Virus record (IMG/VR): IMGVR_UViG_3300010883_027406
Span: 1-64,000 of that record
Source: an uncultured virus (IMG/VR IMGVR_UViG_3300010883_027406)
Lineage: Duplodnaviria > Heunggongvirae > Uroviricota > Caudoviricetes
Strand: one strand, 5' to 3'
Length of the DNA: 64,000 nucleotides
Under the pieces are notes generated by a model that searched no databases, was not told where the DNA came from, and saw only the letters and a program-made list of their open reading frames with translations. Positions 46,688-56,472 of the stretch are shown here, in pieces. Within the stretch, counting starts at the first letter, position 1. The number at the start of each line of letters is the position of its first letter. The position numbers were made by a program, and so were the translations under genes.

Positions 46688-48052
46688 ATGATTAACTATC
46701 CATCGAATACCTCTGGTAGCTGCAATAATAAAACGGGTTGTCCTACAACTTCGTATTGCCCTGATTTTCAAATTAAAAGGTTTGATACCAAGCCTTCATT
46801 CAAGGTGTCTCTTGTAGACTGTAAAGGCCCTTTGAACATTCATGGGCTTATCGCAGAAGCCAATATGTGGGCTGAGGCCAAGTTAAAGAGCGCACTCACA
46901 GCAGGCACCCAAGCGACAGGCACAGTCACTATTGTTGAAGAAGCAAATTTGGTTGCAACCACTCATTATATTACCATTACTACGACTGACGGAACTGTAA
47001 TAACGGCAACAGTTACAGCAAATGGAGGAGCTACCACAACCACTAATACAAATTCTCCAACTTGGGCAATAGTGGATGCCAGCGAAGCCTCTACTGCTGT
47101 TAATTTGGCAACTTGTTTAAATGCCAATTCTAAATTGATTGCTACTGCCAGCAATGGAGTGGTGACAATAACACAACTTGCTTCTGGTACTGCTGGAAAT
47201 GCAGCTATTGCTTTGACCGATCCTGCTGCTGGTATGTCTAAAGTTGATTTTACAGGAGGAGTAGATCCTAGTCTTTCTTTAAGTTTGGCTGATAATATTG
47301 GTTTTGAACAGGTAATGGTTGGCGATGTCATAATTATGGAACGTGCTCGACGGCCTGAGCACATGTTGGTAAAGGCCTTTGATGAAACAAATAGTTTGAT
47401 TAGCGTCCAAAGGTCTTATAACGACACAGAGGCTTTTGCATGGAAGAAGGGTTCCAAATTAAAAATATTTAGAGTTTTAAATTCTTCTGCTGATGTTGAG
47501 TTGGTTTTTGAAGATGTTATTCAAGTAGATGGAACTTCAAAAAGCACTCTTGTTGAGGCCGATGTCCTTTATGATTGGAAAGCCAATGACACTTGCTTGT
47601 CTGGTTGCTATTTATTTGAATTTAAATTGATTAAAATGCAGGAGATATTATACTTTTTGCAAGGAGGAAGTTGGGCGGGAGAAACTCATCAAGTATCCGG
47701 TGTATATTATACGGGTACCTCCGCAACAGATAGTTCTGTTCCGTTGTCGTATGATCCTGAAACGGGAACTTTTTTGCTTCCTTCTACTCAATGGACTGGA
47801 AACAATCATGTGGTTGATCCAGATTATAAGACGGGCACATCAGAAAATGATGGATCGGTCGTATTAAACACGACTGGAGTTGAATCTGATAATTCTGTAG
47901 TATATGGCCAAGCCTTTACTGATTCGTCATTTGCGGTGACTGATTTTGGCTGTGGTCTTTCGGATGGGGTAGAATGGGTGCGCAGTTACCCCAAAAATAA
48001 GGAAGGTTTTTTTGTTGAAATAACAAGTTCGCCAATTTCGGAGAACTATTAA
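46688..48052 (+). CDS. probable virion structural protein with an inserted ~118-aa Thr/Ala-rich beta domain (46913-47266)
   Basis: F.IKR.DT.P.F.V.L and Y.W...DT...G.Y..EF (BppU-like); the insert matches the repeats of the ORF at 62367; ATATATAA-N4-ATG. Confidence 0.65.
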   Translation: MINYPSNTSGSCNNKTGCPTTSYCPDFQIKRFDTKPSFKVSLVDCKGPLNIHGLIAEANMWAEAKLKSALTAGTQATGTVTIVEEANLVATTHYITITTTDGTVITATVTANGGATTTTNTNSPTWAIVDASEASTAVNLATCLNANSKLIATASNGVVTITQLASGTAGNAAIALTDPAAGMSKVDFTGGVDPSLSLSLADNIGFEQVMVGDVIIMERARRPEHMLVKAFDETNSLISVQRSYNDTEAFAWKKGSKLKIFRVLNSSADVELVFEDVIQVDGTSKSTLVEADVLYDWKANDTCLSGCYLFEFKLIKMQEILYFLQGGSWAGETHQVSGVYYTGTSATDSSVPLSYDPETGTFLLPSTQWTGNNHVVDPDYKTGTSENDGSVVLNTTGVESDNSVVYGQAFTDSSFAVTDFGCGLSDGVEWVRSYPKNKEGFFVEITSSPISENY

Positions 48053-48070
48053 TATTAACTTGGAGGATAG

Positions 48071-49696
48071 ATGCCTTCCGTATCTGATTTTTTAATCGAG
48101 CGGCTAGAGAACGCTAAGGTCGGGCATGTCTTTGGTCTGCCTGGGGATTATGTATTAAATTTTTACAATAAGCTTTCCAAGTCTAAAGATATAAATCTTA
48201 TAAATACAACCGATGAAAGCCATGCTGGATTTGCTGCTGACGCTTATTCTCGGATTAAAGGAATTGGCTGTGTTTGTGTGACTTATAGCGTTGGTGGATT
48301 GAAGGTAGTTAACGCCACCGCTTGTGCCTTTGCTGAGAAATCTCCATTGATAGTTATATGTGGGTCTCCTGGGGTTAAGGAGCGTGAGAGCGGAGTTCTT
48401 TTGCATCATATGGTTAGAAGTTTTGAGAGTCAAAAAGAAGTATTTGACAACATAACATGTGCAAGTGTAGTTCTAGACAATCCTGCGACTGCTGGTTACG
48501 AAATTGATAGGGTTTTCGAGGCTCTTCATTATTACAAGCAACCAATATACATTGAGCTTCCACGAGATATAGCCGACAAGCCAATTGGGTATGATGTCAA
48601 GCTTGGAACTCCTAAATCCCCTGAAAGTGATGTTCAGAATTTAAATGAATCTCTTGAGGAGGTTGTTGATTGGATTGAGGGTGCTGAAAATCCTGTTATT
48701 TTAGCCGGTGTTGAACTTGCTCGTTTTGGCCTTGGAAAGGAATTGGTTCGATTCGCAGAGAAGACCAATATACCCATCGCAAGCACATTATTGAGCAAGT
48801 CAGTAATAAGTGAAACTCACCCTTTGTTTTTAGGAGTTTATGCAGGCAACACTAGTGAACAATTGGTTAAAGAGTCCGTTGAAAATTCTGATTGTCTTTT
48901 AATGTTTGGAGCAATGTTGACTGATATGACGCTTGGTTTTATGCCATCCAAGTTCAAAAAAAGGAGAACGGTTTCTTGCTCTATTGATTCTTTGAAAGTT
49001 AAAAATCATGTTTATACAGATGTTGTTTTTGAGGATTTTGTTTGTGGTTTGTTTAAATCTGAAATAACTAAAAAGCCCAACCCTGACGTTCCTAAGATTA
49101 AAGTTAAAAAATATAAATCTGTGAAAAACAATGCTTTGACTTCAACTAGAATTTTTGAAAAAATAGGTTCTATTCTTGACGAAAACATGGCAATAGTTTG
49201 CGATATAGGCAATTCTTTGTTTGGTGCAATTGATTTAAGAGTCCACCACAGCAATCAATTTCTTTCACCTGCTTTTTATACTTCTATGGGATTTGCCATA
49301 CCTGGCATTCTTGGACTGGGGATGGCTGCTCCTAATTATAGGGCAATTGCGATATTGGGGGACGGTGCATTTCAAATGTCATGCACAGAGTTGAGTACTT
49401 GTATTGACAATGATCTTAATCCTATTATTATCGTTCTTAATAATGGGGGGTATACAACAGAAAGATTTTTGTTGGACGGTCCTTTTAATGACATTAGAAA
49501 TTGGGAATATCATAAAATAACTGAAATGTTAAATGGTGGCGATGGAGTAAAGATAGAGACGGAAGGTGACTTGGACAAAGCGTTTGAGCAAGCTTTGGCA
49601 AGCAAAGAGCTTTTTATAATTAATGCTATTGTTGACCCTAAAGATATTTCCCCTGCCTTAGAAAGAATGGCAAAAGGTTTATCTAAGAGGGTGTGA
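48071..49696 (+). CDS. ThDP-dependent alpha-keto acid decarboxylase (indolepyruvate/pyruvate decarboxylase family)
   Basis: FGLPGDY, E..AGFAADAY.R, TYSVG, LLHH, GDGAFQM...N NGGYT.ER ThDP motif. Confidence 0.92.
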   Translation: MPSVSDFLIERLENAKVGHVFGLPGDYVLNFYNKLSKSKDINLINTTDESHAGFAADAYSRIKGIGCVCVTYSVGGLKVVNATACAFAEKSPLIVICGSPGVKERESGVLLHHMVRSFESQKEVFDNITCASVVLDNPATAGYEIDRVFEALHYYKQPIYIELPRDIADKPIGYDVKLGTPKSPESDVQNLNESLEEVVDWIEGAENPVILAGVELARFGLGKELVRFAEKTNIPIASTLLSKSVISETHPLFLGVYAGNTSEQLVKESVENSDCLLMFGAMLTDMTLGFMPSKFKKRRTVSCSIDSLKVKNHVYTDVVFEDFVCGLFKSEITKKPNPDVPKIKVKKYKSVKNNALTSTRIFEKIGSILDENMAIVCDIGNSLFGAIDLRVHHSNQFLSPAFYTSMGFAIPGILGLGMAAPNYRAIAILGDGAFQMSCTELSTCIDNDLNPIIIVLNNGGYTTERFLLDGPFNDIRNWEYHKITEMLNGGDGVKIETEGDLDKAFEQALASKELFIINAIVDPKDISPALERMAKGLSKRV

Positions 49697-49713
49697 ATTA
49701 ATGGAGATTTACG

Positions 49714-50979
49714 ATGCAGTTTATTAAGCTGTATAATAAAATAACCTCATCAACTAAAAAGTCTAAGAAAATCAAAAAAAATGTTTTTTTAAATATTTTA
49801 GATGATTTTAATTATTCTTTTTATGAGAAGATTTTAAGTAAAGAAGAATTTCTTAGATTTTATAATTTTTTTTCTGAAATTGATGTAGATCATCCCCATT
49901 TAGAGGAATTGTTCTCACCAGTTTTGGATGATTTAAATCGAATGCACGATCTTTATGTTGCATTAAACGAACTGAATAAATGTCGCCCAACTGACTTAGA
50001 TTTGTTTTTTGAATTTTGTCGGTATATTAAAACCAAAAATCGTTGGTTTGAAGTTTTAAAAAAAATAGATTCTCCATCTGTTAATCTTCTCAATATGCGA
50101 TTTGTTTCGTGTAATAAAAAAAGAAATAATCTGAGACAAAATAAAAAGGTTCAAAGCATATCTTTATCAACATTGCTTTCAAGAGATTTTAGCGAATGGC
50201 AGAGTGTCTCCTCTAATTTTGATTTTTTTCATATTAATGGAAAACATTATGAGATGTATTTGTCTAAAGCCAAATCAAAAGCAAGTGTCTACGACAGGTT
50301 GGGATGTCAGTTTCTAGGGGATGAGGTAAGGAAAAATGCTAAAACTTTTGAAAACTTATATGGAGTTACAAATCATGGTTTTAGAAGAATAACTATGACT
50401 TCGGCAGCGGCTATATTGGCAAAAACTCATTCTTATGAATACGCTCCTTTTAAATCGTCAAACACAGAGTTGACGAACGCCTTGTCGTCCAGCGAAATGA
50501 TTGCTTCGATTAATGTATTTAAGTCTAAGCGATTTTTAGAAATCTTAAACAATATAGTTAATTTATATTGTTCTCAAGTTGCTGCCAATGACGGAGTGAT
50601 CGACCATAGCCTATTAAAACCTTTATCTTACTTAGAATCTGAACTCTATACGACAACCTTAGAATCTGAACTCTATCCGACAACCGAAAGCTGCGAGTAT
50701 AGCCCCAGATCGTATCCTTTGCATGATTTTTGGCCGTTGGCTAGCAAGAAAGTTAAAAATATCATAAATCTTTTAGAATCTCATCCCGCTACGGGGGGTA
50801 GGGCTATTTTTGATAGTTATCGTGTTATAACTCCTAGTTTTTTTTTGAAATTTCCTGGATCGCACGCTCAGTTAAGTAAGAAGTTAACGGATTTCGTTTT
50901 AACCATAAGTGAAATTATAAATCCTATAATTCTTGGTGAAAAAAATGGGAAATGTTACTTTGTAAGTTATTGGCATTGA
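49714..50979 (+). CDS. hypothetical protein
   Basis: 421 aa; GGAG RBS; contains a 27-nt duplication. Confidence 0.7.
   Translation: MQFIKLYNKITSSTKKSKKIKKNVFLNILDDFNYSFYEKILSKEEFLRFYNFFSEIDVDHPHLEELFSPVLDDLNRMHDLYVALNELNKCRPTDLDLFFEFCRYIKTKNRWFEVLKKIDSPSVNLLNMRFVSCNKKRNNLRQNKKVQSISLSTLLSRDFSEWQSVSSNFDFFHINGKHYEMYLSKAKSKASVYDRLGCQFLGDEVRKNAKTFENLYGVTNHGFRRITMTSAAAILAKTHSYEYAPFKSSNTELTNALSSSEMIASINVFKSKRFLEILNNIVNLYCSQVAANDGVIDHSLLKPLSYLESELYTTTLESELYPTTESCEYSPRSYPLHDFWPLASKKVKNIINLLESHPATGGRAIFDSYRVITPSFFLKFPGSHAQLSKKLTDFVLTISEIINPIILGEKNGKCYFVSYWH
50631..50684 (+). repeat. 27-nt tandem duplication (LESELYxTT x2)
   Basis: cttagaatctgaactctat(a/c)cgacaac twice. Confidence 0.85.
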
Positions 50980-50998
50980 TAAAAATTAGGGGTTAAAT

Positions 50999-51415
50999 AT
51001 GTTTCCTGTAGAAATATCCGAGAAGGCTGCATCTGAAATAAAAAAAGTAATGGAAGAGCAATCTTTAGAAAATTCTGCCCTTCGTATCGGACTTCAAGGT
51101 GGCGGCTGCTCTGGATTTCAGTATCTTCTTAATTTTATAAAAGAAGAAGAGGCGTCTGAGGATGAAGATTATGTTGATCAACAAGGAGATATTAAAGTTG
51201 TTGTCGATAAAAAGAGTGCAACCTATTTGCAAGGGACAGTCATAGACTTTTATAGCGGAATTGATAAGCGTGGGTTTGTTTTTAACAATCCAGGCGCTGC
51301 CAAGTCTTGCGGATGTGGGTCAAGTTTTTCTCCTAAGGAGTCTGGTGATGGTAGTGATGGTGCTGAGTCTGGCGGTTGTGGAACCGGCGGTTGTAGCACA
51401 GGTGGTTGCGGATGA
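50999..51415 (+). CDS. iscA: IscA/HesB A-type Fe-S carrier with Gly/Cys tail
   Basis: LRIG..GGGCSGFQY, G..IDF, F.NP...SCGCGSSF; tail GGCGTGGCSTGGCG. Confidence 0.9.
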   Translation: MFPVEISEKAASEIKKVMEEQSLENSALRIGLQGGGCSGFQYLLNFIKEEEASEDEDYVDQQGDIKVVVDKKSATYLQGTVIDFYSGIDKRGFVFNNPGAAKSCGCGSSFSPKESGDGSDGAESGGCGTGGCSTGGCG

Positions 51416-51452
51416 TGGTAAAACGAATCGTTTGAATGTTGAGGATTAAAAA

Positions 51453-52976
51453 ATGTATATCGGTATGAATTATGTTAATGGCGAATTTTTGCCAAATCGT
51501 TCTGACTTTTCTGTCAGTAGCCCAGCCAATGGAAGTCATTTAGGTGAATTTCCTTTAACTAGGAAAGGTGAAGTTTCTGATGCCGTAGCTGTTGCGAAAC
51601 AGTCTTTTAAAAGTTGGAAACATGTCAGTAGAGTTAATCGGGCTGATCTTTTTGATAGATTATCTCAATTGATTAAGAGAGATACTTCTGCGTTGGCGGA
51701 TGTTATTTCCTATGAAACAGGTAAAAACAGAAATGAATCATATGCCGAAGTGATAGAGTCCTTGCATATGTGTCAGTATGTTGCGGGATCAGGGAGACTT
51801 CCATATGGAAAGTTGGTTGGTTCCGAGTTGGCAAGTAAATCAGCAAGGGTTTTTCGCAAGCCCAAAGGTGTTGTGGCAGTAATTTCTCCATGGAATTTTC
51901 CATTGGCCATTGGTTCTTTTTGGTCTGCGGCACCTGCAATTGCAGAGGGCAATTGTGTGGTACACAAGCCTAGCGAATTAACGCCAATGACATCGCAAAT
52001 GGCGGCCAAATTGTATGGTGAAGCTGGGTTCCCTGATGGGGTTTATAATTTGATACACGGTGCGGAAGAAACAGGTAAAAATTTAGTTTCTAATCATGAT
52101 GTCTCTTGCATATTATTCACAGGCAGTGCGGAAGTAGGACAGGAGATAAGAAAACATTGTGCGACAACATGGCATAAGACCTGTTCTTGTGAGATGGGCA
52201 GCAAATCAGCCACGATGGTTTTTGAAGATGGGAATTTTGATCTTGCCACAGAAGTTTCTGTAGCCAGTGCATTTAAATTGTCGGGACAAAGATGTGTTTC
52301 TTCAAGCAGAATATTAATTCAAAGAAGTATTTATGATAAGTTTTGTTCTGCCTTTGCTAAGGCAGCATCTCAACTCCGCACAGGAGATGTGTTTTTAGAT
52401 GATGATGTATATTATGGGCCTTTAATTTCTCATGATGCTTTGGAGAAAGTTGAAAGTTATAATTCTCAAGTTAGATCTGCAAGTGAATCTAGTGAAGATG
52501 TTAATGTTCTTTTGGACAGCCGAGACGGTCACTTTCAAACATCCGATGGTAATTTCTTGTCGCCATTCGTTTATCAAGCAGAATGGTGGAATGATGTTGA
52601 TGAATTAGGATGCAAGGCGTGCACAAGATCTTATTTGAAAGAAGAGGTGTTTGGGCCTCATGTGGCGTTGGTTCCTTTTGATGATTTGAATGATGCCATT
52701 AAAATTTATAATGACACCCCATATGGATTGGCTTTGGGGGCTGTCACCGACGATTTTAGAAAACATCGCATTCTTGAGGAAGAATGTAATACTGGCATGT
52801 TGTACATCAATGGTGGTAGCATTGCCGCAGAGAGTCATTTGCCGTTTGGAGGTATTGGAAAAAGCGGCAATGGCTGGAAGTCTGCCGCAGGTACATATCA
52901 GGCGGTCACAGAAGAAATATCTGTTACTACTAACTATGAAAAAGAAGTTGAGTGGGCACAGGGGATGAAAAGCTAA
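51453..52976 (+). CDS. NAD(P)-dependent aldehyde dehydrogenase
   Basis: PWNFP, KPSE, FTGS, CEMGSK, GQRC, EEVFGP, LPFGG. Confidence 0.93.
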   Translation: MYIGMNYVNGEFLPNRSDFSVSSPANGSHLGEFPLTRKGEVSDAVAVAKQSFKSWKHVSRVNRADLFDRLSQLIKRDTSALADVISYETGKNRNESYAEVIESLHMCQYVAGSGRLPYGKLVGSELASKSARVFRKPKGVVAVISPWNFPLAIGSFWSAAPAIAEGNCVVHKPSELTPMTSQMAAKLYGEAGFPDGVYNLIHGAEETGKNLVSNHDVSCILFTGSAEVGQEIRKHCATTWHKTCSCEMGSKSATMVFEDGNFDLATEVSVASAFKLSGQRCVSSSRILIQRSIYDKFCSAFAKAASQLRTGDVFLDDDVYYGPLISHDALEKVESYNSQVRSASESSEDVNVLLDSRDGHFQTSDGNFLSPFVYQAEWWNDVDELGCKACTRSYLKEEVFGPHVALVPFDDLNDAIKIYNDTPYGLALGAVTDDFRKHRILEEECNTGMLYINGGSIAAESHLPFGGIGKSGNGWKSAAGTYQAVTEEISVTTNYEKEVEWAQGMKS

Positions 52977-53908
52977 TGAAAAATATTGGTATAATTGGGC
53001 AAGGATTTGTTGGCACGGCGATTCGTGATGGATTGGTGCATGCTTTTGATGTAGTGACTTATGATAAAAAATATCCTGATCCTACTGTAAGGGTTTGGCC
53101 AAAAAAACAGACTGTTGTTCATTATGAAGAAGATGTTGAATCTTATTCGTGTCCAACTAAAGATAAAAACCCTATAAAGAAAATCGTTGAAGATGTTGAT
53201 GGGCCAATTTTCGTTGCGGTACCAACTCCTATGAAGAAGGATGCTACTTGTGACTTAAGCATTGTTGAATCTGTTGTTTCTGAGTTAGATAGCCTTGGCG
53301 AGTCTGTTGGCAAGAAAATTGTTGTTGTAATTAAATCTACGGTCATTCCAGGCACGACCGAGGCGTTTAATAAAAAATATAAAAATGTTTATGTTTGTTA
53401 CAACCCAGAGTTCCTAGTTGAAAAAACAGCGTTAGAAGATTTTAAATCACAGGATAGAATCATTGTCGGTGGGCCTAGGAAGGCAACAAAAGTCATAAAG
53501 CAATTGTATGCAACTGCTTATCCCAATGTTCCGGTGACCAAGACTAGTTCCACAATAGCAGAGCTAGTCAAATATACTACAAATTGTTTTTTAGCAACTA
53601 AGGTTTCTTTTGCTAATGAAATTAAGCAAGTTTGTGATTCTTTGGATGTAGATTATGACAAGGTAGTAGAATATGCAGTCAAAGATAAAAGATTGGGTAG
53701 CTCTCATTGGTCTGTGCCTGGTCCTGATGGAAAAATGGGTTTTGGGGGGTCTTGTTTTCCGAAAGATTTAAATGCCTTATTGTCTAAGGCATATGAACTT
53801 GATGTAAAATGCAACACACTTTATGGCGCATGGTTAACTAATTTAGAAGTACGTCCTGAAAAGGATTGGGAAAACTTGATTGGCCGTGCAGTTTCAGAAA
53901 GAGATTAG
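52976..53908 (+). CDS. UDP-glucose/GDP-mannose dehydrogenase family, lacking the C-terminal domain
   Basis: GQGFVG, VPTP, KSTV.PGTT, NPEFL, AELVKY..N, GFGGSCFPKD. Confidence 0.88.
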   Translation: MKNIGIIGQGFVGTAIRDGLVHAFDVVTYDKKYPDPTVRVWPKKQTVVHYEEDVESYSCPTKDKNPIKKIVEDVDGPIFVAVPTPMKKDATCDLSIVESVVSELDSLGESVGKKIVVVIKSTVIPGTTEAFNKKYKNVYVCYNPEFLVEKTALEDFKSQDRIIVGGPRKATKVIKQLYATAYPNVPVTKTSSTIAELVKYTTNCFLATKVSFANEIKQVCDSLDVDYDKVVEYAVKDKRLGSSHWSVPGPDGKMGFGGSCFPKDLNALLSKAYELDVKCNTLYGAWLTNLEVRPEKDWENLIGRAVSERD

Positions 53909-53910
53909 TT

Positions 53911-54357
53911 ATGCCTAATAAATTTTATTATTTTGAAGAGAAGGATTTAGTGGATATTCTTGACAAGGTTTATGAAGAGGGGTGGAGTGGCTCGTTGGAA
54001 CTTAAAGAATCTTTTATTTCCGACATATTAAAAGAGCATTGCAAAGAACCAGAGGTTTCTATAAAATCAAATGTCATCGAGGACGGTGAAACTAGAATTT
54101 ACGAGACGACTTCGATAACAACTGAATATTTTAATAATCCACAAATGTTACTTAATTTTGAAGATGTGGATTATAGAAGTAATGACATTCGAATGGATGC
54201 GAAAGACATTAATCAGTTTACCGCCATAGCAGGTTCTTGGCCTACGGATACGTTCTGGACTGATACTAAGACTGATACTATGAAACCGCAGTCTTCTTGG
54301 GAAGAGTTTCATTCTGACGGAATTAACAACTTAAACAATCAATGGAGAATAAAATGA
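53911..54357 (+). CDS. hypothetical protein
   Basis: Start set at ATG 53911 (MPNKFYY). Confidence 0.6.
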   Translation: MPNKFYYFEEKDLVDILDKVYEEGWSGSLELKESFISDILKEHCKEPEVSIKSNVIEDGETRIYETTSITTEYFNNPQMLLNFEDVDYRSNDIRMDAKDINQFTAIAGSWPTDTFWTDTKTDTMKPQSSWEEFHSDGINNLNNQWRIK

Positions 54358-54689
54358 GTAATCTGACGGATGCTGAAGGCAATGTGTTGAGTAACGTTCC
54401 TTCAATTAAGAATATTGTACCAACGGGGAGAGGCGTTTTAGTGGAGATGCTTACGGCGCAAGAGGCGTTAGGAACATCTTTGGTTGTTCAAGACGATGTG
54501 CAACTGGGCGCTCCTCAGGCGTACATTTTGCATATGGGGCCACATGTTGAAGGTAAAGACTTTGGCATGAAGGTTGGTGATCGTGTCCTCTTGCAGGGAA
54601 CTTTTGTGCCTCTTCCTGAGTATGATGATAGTCATCGTCCTAAAGGCATTGTGCAGCCTGAGAACATTAAGGCTATTATTGAAGAATAA
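54354..54689 (+). CDS. GroES-like co-chaperonin
   Basis: IVPTGRGVLVE, I..MGP, MKVGDRVL, I.AII. Confidence 0.7.
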   Translation: MSNLTDAEGNVLSNVPSIKNIVPTGRGVLVEMLTAQEALGTSLVVQDDVQLGAPQAYILHMGPHVEGKDFGMKVGDRVLLQGTFVPLPEYDDSHRPKGIVQPENIKAIIEE

Positions 54690-55636
54690 TGGATCATTAT
54701 GAAGTTCTTGGGGTTTCAAAAGAAGCAACTTTTGATGAAATCAAGTCTGCGTATCGCACGTTAGCAAGAAAGTATCATCCTGATACAAATAAAGATTTTG
54801 ATGCTGTTGATCAATTCAAGCAAGTAAATGAAGCGCATCATGTTTTGGGCGACCCGGACAGGCGGTTGAAATATGATAAAAGGGGTTCCCATGTTGGGAA
54901 TCCCTTTTATTCTTCGTGGAGTGATATTAGTGTTCGTGGTAGAGATGTTTCTTCTGAAATCACCATTTCTTTAAATGATGTTTTTTTTGGATGTAAAAAA
55001 GAAGTAACTTATAAGAGAGCAAATTTTTGTGATAAGTGTAACGGACATGGTGCGGAGGAATGTTTGGCGTGTTTTTCTTGCAAAGGAAAAGGGCTGGTAC
55101 AGGTATCGAATCCGCCATTTTTAATGCAGGTTACTTGCCCTGATTGTGTGGGCGTAGGGGTTATGAGAAAAGGGGTTTGTTCTAAATGCGACTCTAAAGG
55201 TGAATTTTTATTAGATGATCGCTCAATTAGTGTCAGTATCCCTAAAGGAATTCTGGAAGGGTCTAAACTTAAGGTTAAGGGTCAAGGAAATATTGGGAAA
55301 GAAACAAATGGCGATCTCTATTTAACTGTTAATGTAGAAAATCATCCTATTTTTTTTAGAGATAATAAGAATTTGATTTTGGATGTACCTGTTTCTTACA
55401 CTCAATTGGTATTAGGAGACAAATTAGAAATCCCCACATTGAATAGCGGAAAGGTGTCCATCAATGTTCCTGCCGGGACTGCGAATAGAACTAAATTTAG
55501 ACTCAAGGGTCTTGGTTTTCCTGATGCTCGTCATGGGGGAGTGGGAGATCTTATAGTAGACGTTGTTTTGGAGGTTCCTAAAAAAATAAATGAAAAGTAT
55601 GAGAAGATTTTGATTGAACTTTCTAAATTAGAATAA
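54689..55636 (+). CDS. dnaJ: DnaJ chaperone
   Basis: YEVLGV, HPD, four CxxCxxxG repeats, GDLY, C-terminal peptide-binding domain. Confidence 0.93.
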   Translation: MDHYEVLGVSKEATFDEIKSAYRTLARKYHPDTNKDFDAVDQFKQVNEAHHVLGDPDRRLKYDKRGSHVGNPFYSSWSDISVRGRDVSSEITISLNDVFFGCKKEVTYKRANFCDKCNGHGAEECLACFSCKGKGLVQVSNPPFLMQVTCPDCVGVGVMRKGVCSKCDSKGEFLLDDRSISVSIPKGILEGSKLKVKGQGNIGKETNGDLYLTVNVENHPIFFRDNKNLILDVPVSYTQLVLGDKLEIPTLNSGKVSINVPAGTANRTKFRLKGLGFPDARHGGVGDLIVDVVLEVPKKINEKYEKILIELSKLE

Positions 55637-55647
55637 AAGGTAAAAAA

Positions 55648-55860
55648 ATGAAGATTTTAAAATTGAGCGTTGTTTTTCTGTACTTGGTGCTGATATCAGG
55701 AGTATTACTTTATCCAAGACTTGTAGATAAAATCCAATCAGATGCTGTTAGAGGGACGATTGAAGAGATCAAACGAAGTTATTCTCCATCTCCTTATGGC
55801 CCAGGACTTGATCCTGATAAAGTTGATGTAATTAGAATCAAAGAAGGGACTGATGATTAA
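55648..55860 (+). CDS. small membrane-anchored protein
   Basis: N-terminal TM; YSPSPYGPG.DPDK. Confidence 0.6.
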   Translation: MKILKLSVVFLYLVLISGVLLYPRLVDKIQSDAVRGTIEEIKRSYSPSPYGPGLDPDKVDVIRIKEGTDD

Positions 55861-56462
55861 TGGTAGGTTTTTTTAAATATGGCGTTGCCAACAACTCCGT
55901 AGTCTCCAACGCCATATTGAACTAGAACGTCATTGATTTTACCTTGCAATAAGTTATTTGACCAAGAAACTTTAACTTGGAATGGCTCATTCATTATTTT
56001 TGCAAAAACAGGAATGTTTTTCTTCGCAGCGATTCCTGTTTTTAAAACATCGTAAGTTTGTTTAAATCTATCGGCAGGAATTGGCCATTGTTCGCCTTCC
56101 GTACCTGTCATGATGGCGTCTCCAACTTTTGAATTAACAGGCCCTTCTTTTGTCTGAATTGTTGCGTCCGCTTCTGCTGTTCTAAAATTTAATGGAATTG
56201 GTTTCTTTGATGTTTTAAAACCATTTGGGTCTTTTGATAGGTCAGGATTTTCATCTAGTCCAATTGTTTTGGCTGGCACTGCTGGCTTCGCTCCTGGCAC
56301 TGCTGGCTTCGCTCCTGGCACTGCTGGCTTCGCTCCTGGCACTGCTGGCTTCACCACTGGCTTCGCTGCTGTGACTGCTGGCCTTGTCGTTGCTCGACGA
56401 ATGTCGGCTTGCTCCGACACTTTGCTTTGCTCAATGATTTGATTTAGATTATAAAAGTTCAT
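55857..56462 (-). CDS. PGDYG-like domain protein with Pro/Ala linker
   Basis: I.T.EG.V....GD.I.TG..GE.WPI....F..TY, GDYGVV...F..TY; start set at 56462. Confidence 0.7.
   Translation of the reverse strand: MNFYNLNQIIEQSKVSEQADIRRATTRPAVTAAKPVVKPAVPGAKPAVPGAKPAVPGAKPAVPAKTIGLDENPDLSKDPNGFKTSKKPIPLNFRTAEADATIQTKEGPVNSKVGDAIMTGTEGEQWPIPADRFKQTYDVLKTGIAAKKNIPVFAKIMNEPFQVKVSWSNNLLQGKINDVLVQYGVGDYGVVGNAIFKKTYH
56273..56352 (-). repeat. 21-nt coding tandem repeat (PAVPGAK) x~3.8
   Basis: ctggcactgctggcttcgctc repeated. Confidence 0.9.
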
Positions 56463-56472
56463 AAACTTATCC

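Noticed and set aside
52976-53908. Pseudogene call for the short UDP-sugar dehydrogenase
   Set aside because: The catalytic GGSCFPKD is intact, the stop is clean with the next gene 2 nt away, and no out-of-frame remnant of the missing domain is visible; more likely a naturally short form.
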